A DNA stretch of 57,760 nt from Paramoeba atlantica (Eukaryota; Protista; Discosea), in contig CDRNVI010000176.1 of the NCBI GenBank assembly GCA_977017575.1, positions 1 to 57,760 of the forward strand, written 5' to 3'. Positions 21,671 to 33,932 of the stretch are shown here, one piece after another. Position numbers and translations under genes: made by a program. How positions within the stretch are numbered: position 1 is the first letter of the stretch; each line of letters starts with the position of its first letter. The notes beneath the pieces are model-generated. The model worked only from the letters and a program-made list of their open reading frames with translations. It searched no databases and was not told where the DNA came from.

Positions 21671-24600
21671 TCACTCAGGACAATACCTCGCATGGCATTC
21701 ATCACAAGTCAAACTATCAACATAAAGCAAAGTATAATTCAAAAATGGACCACATTCTAAATCCCAACACAAACATTGGTACTGATCATAATTTGGAGAA
21801 CCATACCAACAACATTTCACAATTGGAGGAGTTGGAACAGGAGTTGGAGTTGGAGAAAGAGTTGGTGTTGGAGTAGGTGTTGGTGTGGGAGTTGGGGTGG
21901 GTGTAGGTGTGGGTGTGGGTGTTGGGGTTGGGGTTGGAGTTGGTGTGGGAGTTGGAGTTGGAGTTGGTATAGGCAATGGCGAAGGGGAAGGAGGTGAGAA
22001 ATCTAAGCTATTCCCATTGTCAGGGGGAGTAATATCTCCATGGCCGTAGAGAACAATTTTCCATTTTGTGATCATGGCATTGACAAAGATTCCTTTCGCT
22101 TGAAGTGTTGGGTTGACTGAATTTTTAACATAAAGGTTCCAATCCCCTTGTGCTGATTCACCAAAATGGCGAGCTGTTGTAAATTCCCAATCCCGATATT
22201 CTGGATAAGCTCCCCCCGATTCAACCCCCTGAAAAATTTCAATCAAAATCAAATTCTATTTGTTCAAACAATTGGTAATATGCAGAAGTAAAGAGTGATA
22301 CAAACAAACCCAAAGCACAGCCAATTTAAAAAGAAAGAAATGAGAACAGAAAAGAATAGAAGAGCAAAAAAAAAAAGAAAAAAGTTAACAAGACAAGGAT
22401 TCGAACCTTGGACCTTTGGGTTATGAGCCCAATGTGCTACCGCTACACTATCTTGTTTTTTCACAAAAATATTGGTGGAAACAGAATTGATCAAACGTGA
22501 GGGATGAAGATGGATCAGATAAAGGTTCATCAAATCACCGAAAGAGGGAAAGAACAAAAATACAAAGAAAGAACAAAAAAAAAGGTTAACAAGACAAGGA
22601 GTTGAACCTCGGACTCCGGCTTATGGGACCGGCGTGTTACCGCTACACTATCTTGTTTTCACAAAAATGATTGGGGTGTTTACAGTCAATGAAGATCACC
22701 CACAAAAGACGAAAAACAAAATAACAAAAAAAGAAAGAAAGAACAAAAAAAAAGGATTAACAAGACAAGGAGTTGAACCTCGGACTCCGGCTTATGGGAC
22801 CGGCGTGTTACCGCTACACTATCTTGTTTTACATGGAGGAAATTGATATGGACAAAAGTAATAAATGTGAAAAAGGAATTGAGTTCACAGAATCGCCGAA
22901 AGGTGGAAGAGGGGGAAACAAAACAAAAAGAAAAACAGCAAAAAGAGAAGATAACAAGACAAGGATTCGAACCTTGGACCTTTGGGTTATGAGCCCAATG
23001 TGCTACCGCTACACTATCTTGTTTTCACAAAATGATTGGGATGTTTACAGTCAATGAAGATCACAAAAGAGAAAAAAAAACACAAAAAACAATGATTTAA
23101 AGAAAATGACGAAAGAATTTTTTGCACTCCATATCAATGTCGAATCCTCGTTCAATCAAAGAGAAACAAAAAGAAACAACAAAATTAGAAAGAACCTTTG
23201 AAAAATCGAGATATTGGACTTCATTTCTCCACAGACTTGACAACTCTTGTCCGCTTTCCTATTTTGCAAAGGTGATGAGAACAAAAAGAACAGTTTTTTT
23301 TTCAAAAAATCAAATTAACAAACTTTAGTAATCATAAAAACAGGAATTATAAGATCAAGGCCCTCATCTTCAGGAAAGATAAAGAGTGAATCTGCAGAGT
23401 TAATATACAGAATGCACCTTGCCCCTAAAAAAATATTTTAAGAAAAAAGAATCCAAAAACAAAAAAAAAAAATTAAAACCTGAGTTTTGAGCATTTAAAA
23501 ACAAAGTTTGAATGGAACACTTACTCTGCTCCACATAAACGTGAACGCCAGCCCTTTCATCATATGGAGAACAATACTTACTTTTCGGAATTTCAGCCAC
23601 AGAAAAAAACGTTTCACTCCGTCCCTGCGTTCCAAATGAAGGTAGAGCAGTCACGTTCACAGGGTTAGACATAGATCTACCAAGAATAGATAACGTATAT
23701 GTCATGTCGGTAAGATACAGGAGAGGGCTAACGAAATGCGAGAGAGTCCCAGCAGGGGATTCTAAATAGATTCCCAAATTCTCAGACGCAGGGCATGCTA
23801 TATCTACAATGACTGAAACTTTCTCAACAATAAACGAATTTGAATAGAATGATGCAGTTGCACTCCCAATATCACCTGCATTTTTTTTTGTCAATTATAA
23901 GAATCATCAATCATCAAAACAAAAAAATCAAAGAAATTGAAGAAATGGGGAGTAAGAGAGCACACACAAAACAGACAGAAAATTCTCACCAGGAAATAGT
24001 TCTCCATTAAAATCGTCTTCTTCGATTTGAAGGAACTTCATTGGGGGTAATAATTTCCATTTGGATGCCAAAGCAACAGCAGAAGAACCATCAATCAAAC
24101 CATATCCAAAATTTTCATGAATTTTCTTTCCTGCCCCATTTGTTTCCCAATTCAAATCGGAGGTAAGACCTTTGTCAGTTGCTGTTTCAACCAAAATATG
24201 TTGTACATCTCTCCATGTCAACTCATCCCTCACTTCTAACATTAGAGCAACTACCCCACTGACCAATGAAGCGCTCACTGCTGTTCCTTTTCCTCCTTCA
24301 ACGCAATTATTTTCCCCTGTATCAGCCGAAAACAACTGCTTTTTGCTTGAATCTCCAGCTGGTGCAACAACCATTGTCATTGCACAATGTGATGAGTAAG
24401 AGGTAATGAATCCGTCATTGCTCACCGAACCCACGACTATCCCAAAAGGCATATTCAGGTATCCGTTCAGATTGCAATCAACTTTATCTTGAAAATCTCC
24501 GGCTCCCCATAAAAAGACTGTCCCTTTCCCATCCCGTCCATATCTCATCGCCTCCTAAATTTTCTCTTTTTTCAGAAAATTGAAAAAACTATTGAATCAA

Positions 24601-27600
24601 AAAGGGAAAAGGAACCTTCATTATTTGAACTTCTTGGGCATCTGGTTGAAGAAGGAACTGCGATTTCATGGCAGGGTCCAAGACACAAATACTTGTCTGA
24701 GAGCAGTGGTTCAAGGCATCAGTTCTGATAAATAATGGGCTTCTCAAGGAATACAATGCCCACGAGATATTCGCCTGTGATGAAAAAAGAATTAAAACAT
24801 TCAAAGTCTCAAAAAGGAGGTGTTAAAATCTCAATAAAATGTCAAAAAGATACCTCAGGAGCAACACCAACACCACAGACATCATTTGCATTTGCAGCAG
24901 CAAGAGAAGCATGAAAAGTCGCAGGAGAATCTCGGGGTAACGGAGCTTTTGAACTTACATCATAATCAACACTGTCACGAATATCAAGCATATTAAGATC
25001 AACATATTCGGTCAAAAAACCAATCAAGACTCCTTTTCCTGTCACGATTTTTTTCCAAGCTTGACCAAGATTCAAATTAATATCCTCACCACCTCCACTT
25101 AATCCCAAATGCCATTGTTTGTTAAAAATAGGATCAGAAGGAGGGACATAATAGGGTGACACCAACATTCCAGAGCCAGTAAACATTCCGTGCTCTGAGT
25201 TTCCGTACAACTCCAATCTCCAAAATTTTACTTTTCCATGGTCTTGATCAGAAGACGTGAGAGGAGACTCTGGAATCTCATCCACAATTTGAAGTTCCCA
25301 ATCACCAATTGTTTTCTCACCCCAGTACCGAACCTTTTTCGACATTATCAGTTTTACTGTTTTTTAAAAGTTTTGTTTTTTAAAAGAAAAACAAAAACTG
25401 ACCGAACACAAAGGCCACATCTGATATTGTGGGACGTCCGGTTTTTCATAGATCAAACCAAAGGAATAGAGAGCACCATGGGCACGTCGAGAACCTAGTT
25501 CCCTTCCAACTTGAGAACTAACAACATAGCTCGGAATCCAAACACGTTCAGCACCTGTTGTAGCTGGAGCGCTAAACTCTTCCTCAGGTGAAATTAAAAT
25601 CACAACTTTCGCTCCTTTAGCCTAAAAGGATAATCGGAATTAACTTTTTTTTTCGACAAAAAGTAGTGAAAAAGGAGTTTTCTGAAAAGGTTGTTACTTG
25701 AGCTAATAACACTATGTCAACATAAGAGCAGTCATGTTGAGCTTGTTCGATTGCCGACGACAGATGAAGGATATGAACATCAGCATTAGTTGCATAATCT
25801 GTACAAGGGTTCCTATTCAATACCAATTGTGAGAAGAGAAAAGAATCAAAAAAATTGAAAGAAACGAAATAGCATCAAAAAAAAAATATTGAGAAAAACA
25901 AAAATAAATTAAAAACCTGTTGTCGGAAAGGGGTTCATTGACATAGGAAGATTGAGTTTGAATTGTTTCGTCACGACCAATATGTTTCCCAAACGAATTC
26001 TCCAATCCTTGCCACATCCCAACTTCATCCCCCCAATAATCAGTGGCCGTAATCAAAATCTAAAAAAAAAAAAAAAATGTCAGATCGAAAAAAAAGAAAA
26101 AGGGAAAAAAAAAAAAAAAAAAAGACAAACTTTACGATTAATGACACTTCGAGGAGTTGCCAAAGTGGATAATAACCCACGAGGTGACCGTAAAGTAATT
26201 CTCAAGTCACCTGAATAAGGATGATCAATCGTCACAATCACACAAACATGCTCAACACTGATTTGATCAGAGACATGGATGCTTGTGACGAATCGATCTG
26301 ATGACCATTCACCAGATTCTTCTGTCGCACACAAGAGCAAAGGAGGAATTTCTGTCCATGTCTTGGCCACCTCGACCGCTTTTCCTGCATCAACGACCCC
26401 AAAACTATGAAATAAACAGAATTGATGAAAAAGAGAGAGGAAAAAAGAGAGGAAAAGGAAGAAAAGAGAGGAGAAGAAGAATAAACCCGTAATCTTCATG
26501 GACTTTCAAACCTCCCCCATTCGTTTCCCATCCTTTTGAAAGCTTTTTCGCTCTGTTTTTTCAAAATTTTGAGAACTTCACTCCAAAAGAAAAAAAACGA
26601 AAGAAAAATAAAAGACCCCAGTCTTTCTGTACTTGCAGTTCGAACTAAAATATGTTGGACATCTCGGTATGTTAACCTTGGGTTTGCCTCAAGCATCAAA
26701 GCAATTGTGCCAGCAACAACTCCAGCACTGCCAAAAAAAAACAAATGATAAATAAACATAAAAAAAAAATAGATATCTTTAAATATCAAGAAAATCCTAA
26801 ACCTGACGGAAGAAGAAGAAACATCCTCTGTACAACCCCCCTCAATTGGATTTGTAGTAGTGGCAATACCAGGCAAAAAAGATTGAGACTTTGCAGGAGC
26901 AACAATTAACTTGAAAAATTGTTGTAAATATTAAATCACAAAAAAGAAAGAAAAAGAAAAAGAAAAAAAAAAAGAAAAAGAAAAAGAGTAAGCAATCAAA
27001 CACCTGAGCAGCACATTGTTCAGCTTTTGGGCCTGGAATTCCATCATACCCAACACTCCCAACAGTAATTGTATAAATTGAAGAAGCAAACCCATTATAA
27101 TTACAATTATCATTGACCAAACCACCTTCACCACCCGAAACAACAACAATTCCACCACGTCCATCTCGTTTGTGTTGAACCAAATCAAGCAAGACATCAT
27201 TTTCCTCAGGTGAGATTGCCTCCAAGTTAAACCCTGTATCTGGAGGGGAGACGGACGATACCAACACATCCTTTTTGTTGTTGAGTTGAATTAATTTTTT
27301 TTTTAGTCAATTTTTTGAAAGTTGAAAAACAACAAAAAGCAAAATCTCAAAAAAAAGTAACAACTCAAAAAAAAAAAAAAAGAGAAATGACAAAATCAAA
27401 AAACAAGTGTTTGGAAAAAACATTGAACCTGTCCATGTTCAAATGCTCTTTTTAAGGCAAGAGCACGGTCGTATGGATCCATCTCCCAATCACATTGAAT
27501 AGCAGATAATGTGGCATTAAATGCGACACCAACGCTACAATAACTGCCGAAAAAAGTGAATAAGGGAAAGAGAAAGAAGAAAAGAAGAAAGAAGAAGAAA

Positions 27601-28255
27601 GGAAAAGATTGAGATACCCATTCATAACAGTTCCAAGGGCAACACCAGCAACAGAAGTCCCAGAAGATTTAACAACTTCAAAGGAAAAAGAATCACTCAT
27701 CTCTGGTGACCATCTGTATTTTCTTTCATTGAGCAAAAAGAAAAAAAGAAAAAGAAAGACCTTTTCATTGATTTAAAAGAAGTTTGAGAAGAAGAAAAAA
27801 CCTGTCTTTCAGATCAGTATTTTGGACATCGATATAAGAATCCATTACACTGATAATAATTCCAGACCCTAGAAAAAAAAAAGACAATGTAAAAGAGAGA
27901 GAGAAGAGAAGAGAAAAAAACAAACAAACAAAACTGAAAAACCTCGAACAAGAGAACGCCAAGCAGAAGAAACATCAATATGAGTAACATAATCAAAATC
28001 AGAAGAAAAATCTCTTGCAATCTCAGGCCCTAAATGCCAAGCTCTTACACTCATCGGATCTGCCCCTCTTCTTTCTCTCTCTATTTCTCTCTCTCTTTCT
28101 GTTTTTGTTTCTGTTGAAATGAGACCCTCGAGCCATTGATCAAAAGAAAAAGAAGAAGAGTTCGAGATCGAAGAGAGAGACACTGAAGAGAGAAAGAGAA
28201 AGAAAAAGAAAACAAAAAAGGAGGAGGAGGAGGAGGAGGGAGTCTTTAAAACCAT
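21671..28255 (-). CDS. Kexin/furin-like (S8B) protein with two subtilase + P-domain units, PA inserts, a PT-repeat stalk and a Cys-rich tail; probable pseudoprotease
   Basis: Unit 1: [106 protein letters not shown]. Unit 2: [54 protein letters not shown]. The splice phases I checked are consistent. Confidence 0.85.
21838..21970 (-). repeat. Coding Pro-Thr hexanucleotide repeat
   Basis: (PT)n run in ORF 21671-22252. Confidence 0.9.
22386..22457 (-). tRNA. tRNA-Met(CAT), type A (A1:U72, GGG/CCC anticodon stem; initiator-like)
   Basis: AACAAGA-TA-GTGT AGCGGTA GCAC-A-TTGGG CTCATAA CCCAA-AGGTC-CAAGG TTCGAAT CCTTG-TCTTGTT-A folds into a complete 72-nt cloverleaf. Confidence 0.95.
22587..22657 (-). 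tRNA. tRNA-Met(CAT), type B (A1:U72, C33, no GGG/CCC)
   Basis: AACAAGA-TA-GTGT AGCGGTA ACAC-G-CCGGT CCCATAA GCCGG-AGTC-CGAGG TTCAACT CCTTG-TCTTGTT-A, 71 nt. Confidence 0.9.
22758..22828 (-). tRNA. tRNA-Met(CAT), type B, identical to 22587-22657
   Basis: Identical sequence and cloverleaf. Confidence 0.9.
22952..23023 (-). tRNA. tRNA-Met(CAT), type A, identical to 22386-22457
   Basis: Identical sequence and cloverleaf. Confidence 0.95.
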
Positions 28256-28640
28256 TCTTTTCTTTTTTGTTTCTTGAAAAAATAAAAACAAAAAACAAAA
28301 AATAAAAAAACTCCTCACACGCTCTTTTGGCAACACGACAAAAAAAGAAAAAGAAAAAGTTTCATTCCCACCTTCATACAAATTCAGGCTCCTAAAATTC
28401 CGACCCATTTTTTTTCTCACAAACAACAACAAAACCTTCTCTTTGTCTTGATAAAATGTCATGTCTTTTTTTATTCACACAAGAAGACGAAACTAAATAA
28501 AATTATGTGTCTCATCAAAACAGGACAGCAAAAAAAAGCCATCCCAAGAAAAGAAACACAAAAAAATTGATATCGAAAATTTTCACAAACACAAAATATG
28601 AAAATCGAAATCATCCCCTCTTTTGTTAAAAGACCAAACT

Positions 28641-28665
28641 TCACACAGTATCTGGGTATGATCTT

Positions 28666-28705
<40 letters not shown>

Positions 28706-29884
28706 TCTCTCTTTCTCTTCTCTTCTCTCTATTTTCTCTCTCCTCTCTTTTTAACTGCTGAAGATCCAGAAAAGGTGGGAGCGACCATACTTCCGTGTGT
28801 TTTGCTTGGGTCATAAAACTATTTTTGTTCATTTTCAGAAAAAAGAAGAAAAAACAAAAAAAAAAGAAAACAAAACAAAAAAAAAAGAGAAAAAAGAAAA
28901 TAAAAAATCAAATGAACACACACCTTATCACCCGCCTGAGCATAAACCTTGGTCTTCTTAGTCCGCTTTCTCTTCCTGACACTCTTCTCATAACCAGGAT
29001 TCGAAACAACTTGAACCAATTCCGCTCGATATAAAAGACCATTAATTTCCATCCCAAAAAACTCTTGCAACTTTTGGCGAGAGAAGCGTGTTCGTGGTGA
29101 GTCAGGTTTGTTGACTAACCAGGACTATTTTTGTTTTGGTTTTAGAAACAAAATTAAAAAAAAACTCTTTGTCTAACTATTTAACACACACACAAAAAAA
29201 AAAGAGAAAATCAGACAAAGGAGTGACTCCACCTTTTTGATACAACCTCTCTCCCCAAAAAAGGACAAAAAAAAGGACAAAAAAAAATCACAGAGCACAA
29301 AAAAAAAAAATCACAGAGCACAAAAAAAAAACAAAAAGAAAAAAGATTAAAAAAAAAAACCAAATAAATTTCAGATTTACAAAATCGAGGAACACATTCT
29401 TGTGACATGGCAACATAGACATCTTGTTGAACATAATCAAAAACATTAGGAGGAGGAGCATCTCGGTTCTTCTCAATAAAAGCTCTTCTTCTTCCTGCAA
29501 TACACATCTCCATTTCAGCGTTTGGACCAAGATACTTCTTGAAAATGTGTTCAAAGAAAGCTTTTGATTGTCTTCTGTCTTTGATCTATTTGAAAAAAAA
29601 AATTCAGATTCTCGAAAAAAAAAAAGTTTCTTTTTCAAAAAGAGAAAAAAGACACAAAACAACAAAGAGGGAAAAGAAAAGAAAAGAGAAACCGTTTTAT
29701 ACTCTTCAACATCAAGCCAGAAGAGAAAATTTTCATGCATCATTTCCGCTTCAAGAAAATCAATAAAGAGTTGTTTCAGATCAGGGTCTACGATGATATC
29801 AGGAAAGTGAACAATTTTCTTTGCCCCTCTGACATCATCTGCGGTTGGTAAGCTTGGTAAGCTTGGTCTTAAAGAAACCGACAT
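28641..29884 (-). CDS. RGS-domain protein (regulator of G-protein signalling); 3' end approximate
   Basis: IIVDPDLKQLFIDFLEAEMMHENFLFWLDVEEYK / IFKKYLGPNAEMEMCI..R..I...APPPNVFDYVQQDVYVAMSQECVPRFCKSEIY matches the RGS helical pattern. Confidence 0.85.
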
Positions 29885-30442
29885 TTTTTGGAGGAGAAGA
29901 AAAAGAACTCTTTTGTTTGTGTTTTGCTTGTTGTTTTTGTTTTTAAGGACGAACCAAAAAAGAAAAACTTTTCTTTTTCTCTTTGTGTAAAAAAAAAGAA
30001 AAAAAACGCAAAAAACCGGAAAGCCAAAACAGGAAAAGTACCTGAAGTCTTTTTATATTTTTGTTTCGTTGCAAAAAACATAAACAGAAAAAAATAAAAA
30101 GACTCACGGAACAAAAAAATTGTCCTTCTTTCTTTTTTTATTAGGAGGTGTCCCTTTCATTCACAAAGAGACACCATGTTTTTGTTTGATTTGGTAAAAA
30201 AAATTTTTGATAGTCCGAAAAAATCATTTTTGTTCTTTTTTTGTTTTTCAATTTTTTTGACAAAAGCGAACGCTTTCGCTGAGCAAACGGATCGATCTTG
30301 GTTTTCCTGTTGTTGTTGAGATGGTGAGATGATCTCTTTCTTTTCTCTTTCTCTTTCTCTTTCTCTTTCTCTTTCATTTTTTCTTTCTTTTTTAATTTTT
30401 CTTTTCCTTTTTGTCCCAATCTTCAGCTTTTTTCGTTCGATC

Positions 30443-33400
30443 ATGTCTGACTTTTCGCGTTCTTTCAAATTTCGAACCTGTTCATCTCCTCCTCCCCCCT
30501 CCTCTCCCTCTCTCCCTGTTCCCTTTTCTTCTTCCACTCCCTCTCCCACTCCCTCCCATTCTCCTTCCCCTTCTCCCTCTCCCTCCCCATCTCCCTCTCC
30601 CACTCCTTCCCCTTCTCTCTCTCCAACTCTGGGGTTTTATTCAAGCTCCCCTTCATCAAGCTCAGTTCCAAAACCAATCACGCCAATTGCACTCCAAAGA
30701 ACTGACTCAACACCCACTCCTTACCTCTCACCTTTTCGATTCATTGGCCGATTGGGCGCTGGTGAGTTTGTTCCTCGCCCATCTGGTTCTTTAAACCCCT
30801 CCCAATATTATCGAGAGAATGAAACGAAGAGACGTTTTCGATGGAAACTTCAGAATAGTCGACATATCGCCATTGGACAAGAGATGGTTGTAAGAGAGCT
30901 TCTTGAAATTAACAGAGCTTTTTCTGAACATAAAGAAGGCCGCCGAAAAAAGAAAGATTCCGGTTCTGGAATCCAAGAACAACTGGAAGCTGAAAAACCG
31001 GTTAAAGAACAAGAGAAAGAACCTCAACCTGAAGATGAGGATTGGGAAACCAGTGTTTTGGAAAAGATTCCCAGTGGCTCAAAACGTTCTGCTCGCCTCC
31101 TTTCAAAAAATTTTATCGAAGCCCACCAGTATCATTCCTCAGCCTCCAGCTCTTCTTCTTCTTCTTCTTCTCATGATTCAATCCCAAGGAATTCATTCCC
31201 TCCTTTAGCTTCTCGATCTTCATCTTTTTCTTCTCCTCCAATACTTTCTGCTTATTCCTCTATCCGAAATCCTCCACCAAGTTCATCATCTCCTTCTCTT
31301 ACCACTTCTCGTTCTCCTTCTCGTTCTCCCTCTCGTTCTCCCTCTCGTTCTCCCTCTCGTTCTCCTCTGAGATTTCCTCCTCCATCTTCTCCTTCCTCGA
31401 ATGAACAACCAAAACCACCAATTTTATCTGCCTTTTATTTACCGTTAACGCCATCATCCACTCCAGTTCATACTGATTTCGTTCAACCAACAATCCCGCC
31501 GACGAGTCCCTCAACAATCCCACCAACAAGTCCCTCAACAATAATTGAGCAGGAGGGAAAAAAAGAAAAACCAAAGAAAAGAAGTCCAAGGTTGATTATT
31601 CTTTTATCTTTTTTTTCCCTTATCCAAGCAAAAAATCTCACAATTTTTCTTGTGTTTCCAGAACCCAAAAAGACCTTGCAGATTCTCTTCGGACTTCTTC
31701 TGATGGCCTGAGAAGTATAACTTGTGGAGGGGATGCTCTTTGTCCGACTTGCCTTTGTAAATCTTTCAAATCCAATCCCTTTAACCCCGTCTTTTGTTCT
31801 CTTTGCTTTCATATCCATCGGAGTTATCAATTGCAAAATGGTTCTTTGCAAGATGGTGGGCAACAACGTGCAACACCTACAAGAGTAGTGACAATGACTG
31901 TTGGTCAGGAGAAGGACATTCCTGATGGTAAATCTCCAATGATGAGATCCTCTTCTGAAAACCCAGTGGAACAACAGCCAAATGTCGAAGATATTCATGA
32001 TTGCACTGCTGAAGTTGAAGGTCTTTTGAGTTCTCCACCCCCTGTTGATGATGATGGCTCTTCACCAGAACGTTTGGAAGTGGGACGAGGAGTTAATGAG
32101 GGAGATGAAAGAGAAGAGAGTGAAAAGAGTGAGGAAAGTGAGGAGGTCGCTGCTGATGCAGAGGAGGGGTCTAATAGCGAGGATAGTATTGTTGAAAGTG
32201 GGAAACATGTAAAATTGGAACGTGCAAAAGAGCACAGTGATGTTGTAAATTTGACTTCTGCTTTTGTTGTCGATGCGCGAGATGAAGTTGGCAATCCTTT
32301 GATCTCTGGAGCTGAAGATCTTGTTGCTGTTCTAAAAGGTTTGTGATCTCTTTGTTATTTGTGTTGTTGGTTGTTGGTTGTTGGTTGTTGTTGTCTTTGA
32401 GAGGTTGAATTTTAATTAATATTTTTCATAGGGCCCTCTGGCTTATATGTTGAGGCAATTATTGTAGAAAATAAAGATTCCTTTTTAGTGATGTTTTCAA
32501 CTGCTGTGAGTGGTGATTACTCTCTTCACCTCAAACATAATGATCACCGAACTGGTTTTTCTTCTTCCCTCTTTTGGTTTCTCTTCTTTCTTTTTGATAC
32601 TAAGTATCTCTCTCTCCTCTCTCTCTCTCTTTTACTTTGCAGGTATTGCCGAGCCCATGATCGAGCCACTCTTTTTGCATTTTGAACCAGAAAAAACCGC
32701 TGCAAAGAGATGTTTAACTGTTGGGAAAGGTATATGGGGTTCATGTACTCAAAATTTTCCTGAAGAATTCTCGATTATTGCTCGTGATTGCTTTGGAAAT
32801 CACAGGTATTTTTTTTTGTTGACAACAAAATCAATCATTTTGTCCCCCTTCATTCAAAATATTCTTCTTTTTAACATAAAATTGTAGAGTTGCTGTCCCA
32901 AGCGAATTTCGAGTTGTGATTACAAGGTCAAGTGAAATTCCACCATATTTTACGACTGCATTTGAAATTGGTCGAGTTCTTGTTCGAGCTGCTCGTGATG
33001 GAACTCTTCATGTAAAGACTTTTTCTTTTTCCTTTTTTCTTTTTCCTTTTTCTTTTTCTTTTTCTTTTTCCTTTTTCTAAATTTAATTAAACTCTACCTT
33101 CTTCAAATTAGGTGAAATATATGGTTTATCATCCAGGAAACTACTATATTCATATAATTCTTTCATCTACACATACTCCGATCAATAGCAGTCCTTTTCC
33201 TCTTCATTGCTCCGGTTCTTTATCTTTTTTTTATATCAACAATTTTTCCTTTTTTGAATTAGTTCCTGAATTATTTTAATTTTCACAGGAACGGTTGTTG
33301 CTGAGTTATTTTTACCTCATGAAATGGAAATATTTCGACAACAAGGAATTCTGGATCGATGTGGCTGTGGAATCCGAAAATTTCCAATGGAAATTTTACA

Positions 33401-33893
33401 ACTCACCAACCTTCACCATCTCTTTTTGGCAGATAATGAATTGGGAACTTTTCCAGTTGCTGTTTGTCAGTTGGCTCAATTAGAAGCTTTGGATCTCTCT
33501 CGTAATAAGATTCAAGTGAGACTTTTTTTTTGTTTTTTTTTTTGAAAATTTGACCCTCTCACCCAAGAAAAAATCATTCCTGATTTTTCAATTCTAATTT
33601 AAGAATTAAAATGAAGAAAATATTATCTTTTATTTTTAAAATTAATCTTTATGATGAAAAAAAGGTAATCCCGGTGGAAATCTCGAGACTTGATCATCTT
33701 GAAGAATTAGTCTTGAGTCGAAACAGAATAAAAGAAATTCCTGAGGAAATTGGAGCTCTTCAAAATTTGAGAGTTTTAAATGTTTCTTCGAATCTTCTTT
33801 CGACTCTTCCTCCATCTATTGTTCGCCTTAAAGCTCTTACTGAGGTTTGAAAAAGGAAATTGATGGTCAAAAAAAAGTAAGAAAGAGAAGGAA

Positions 33894-33932
<39 letters not shown>

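Noticed and set aside
22587-22828. Reading the type B tRNAs as Trp(CCA) or Gly(CCC)
   Set aside because: The anticodon stem only pairs with the loop CCCATAA, which places CAT at positions 34-36.
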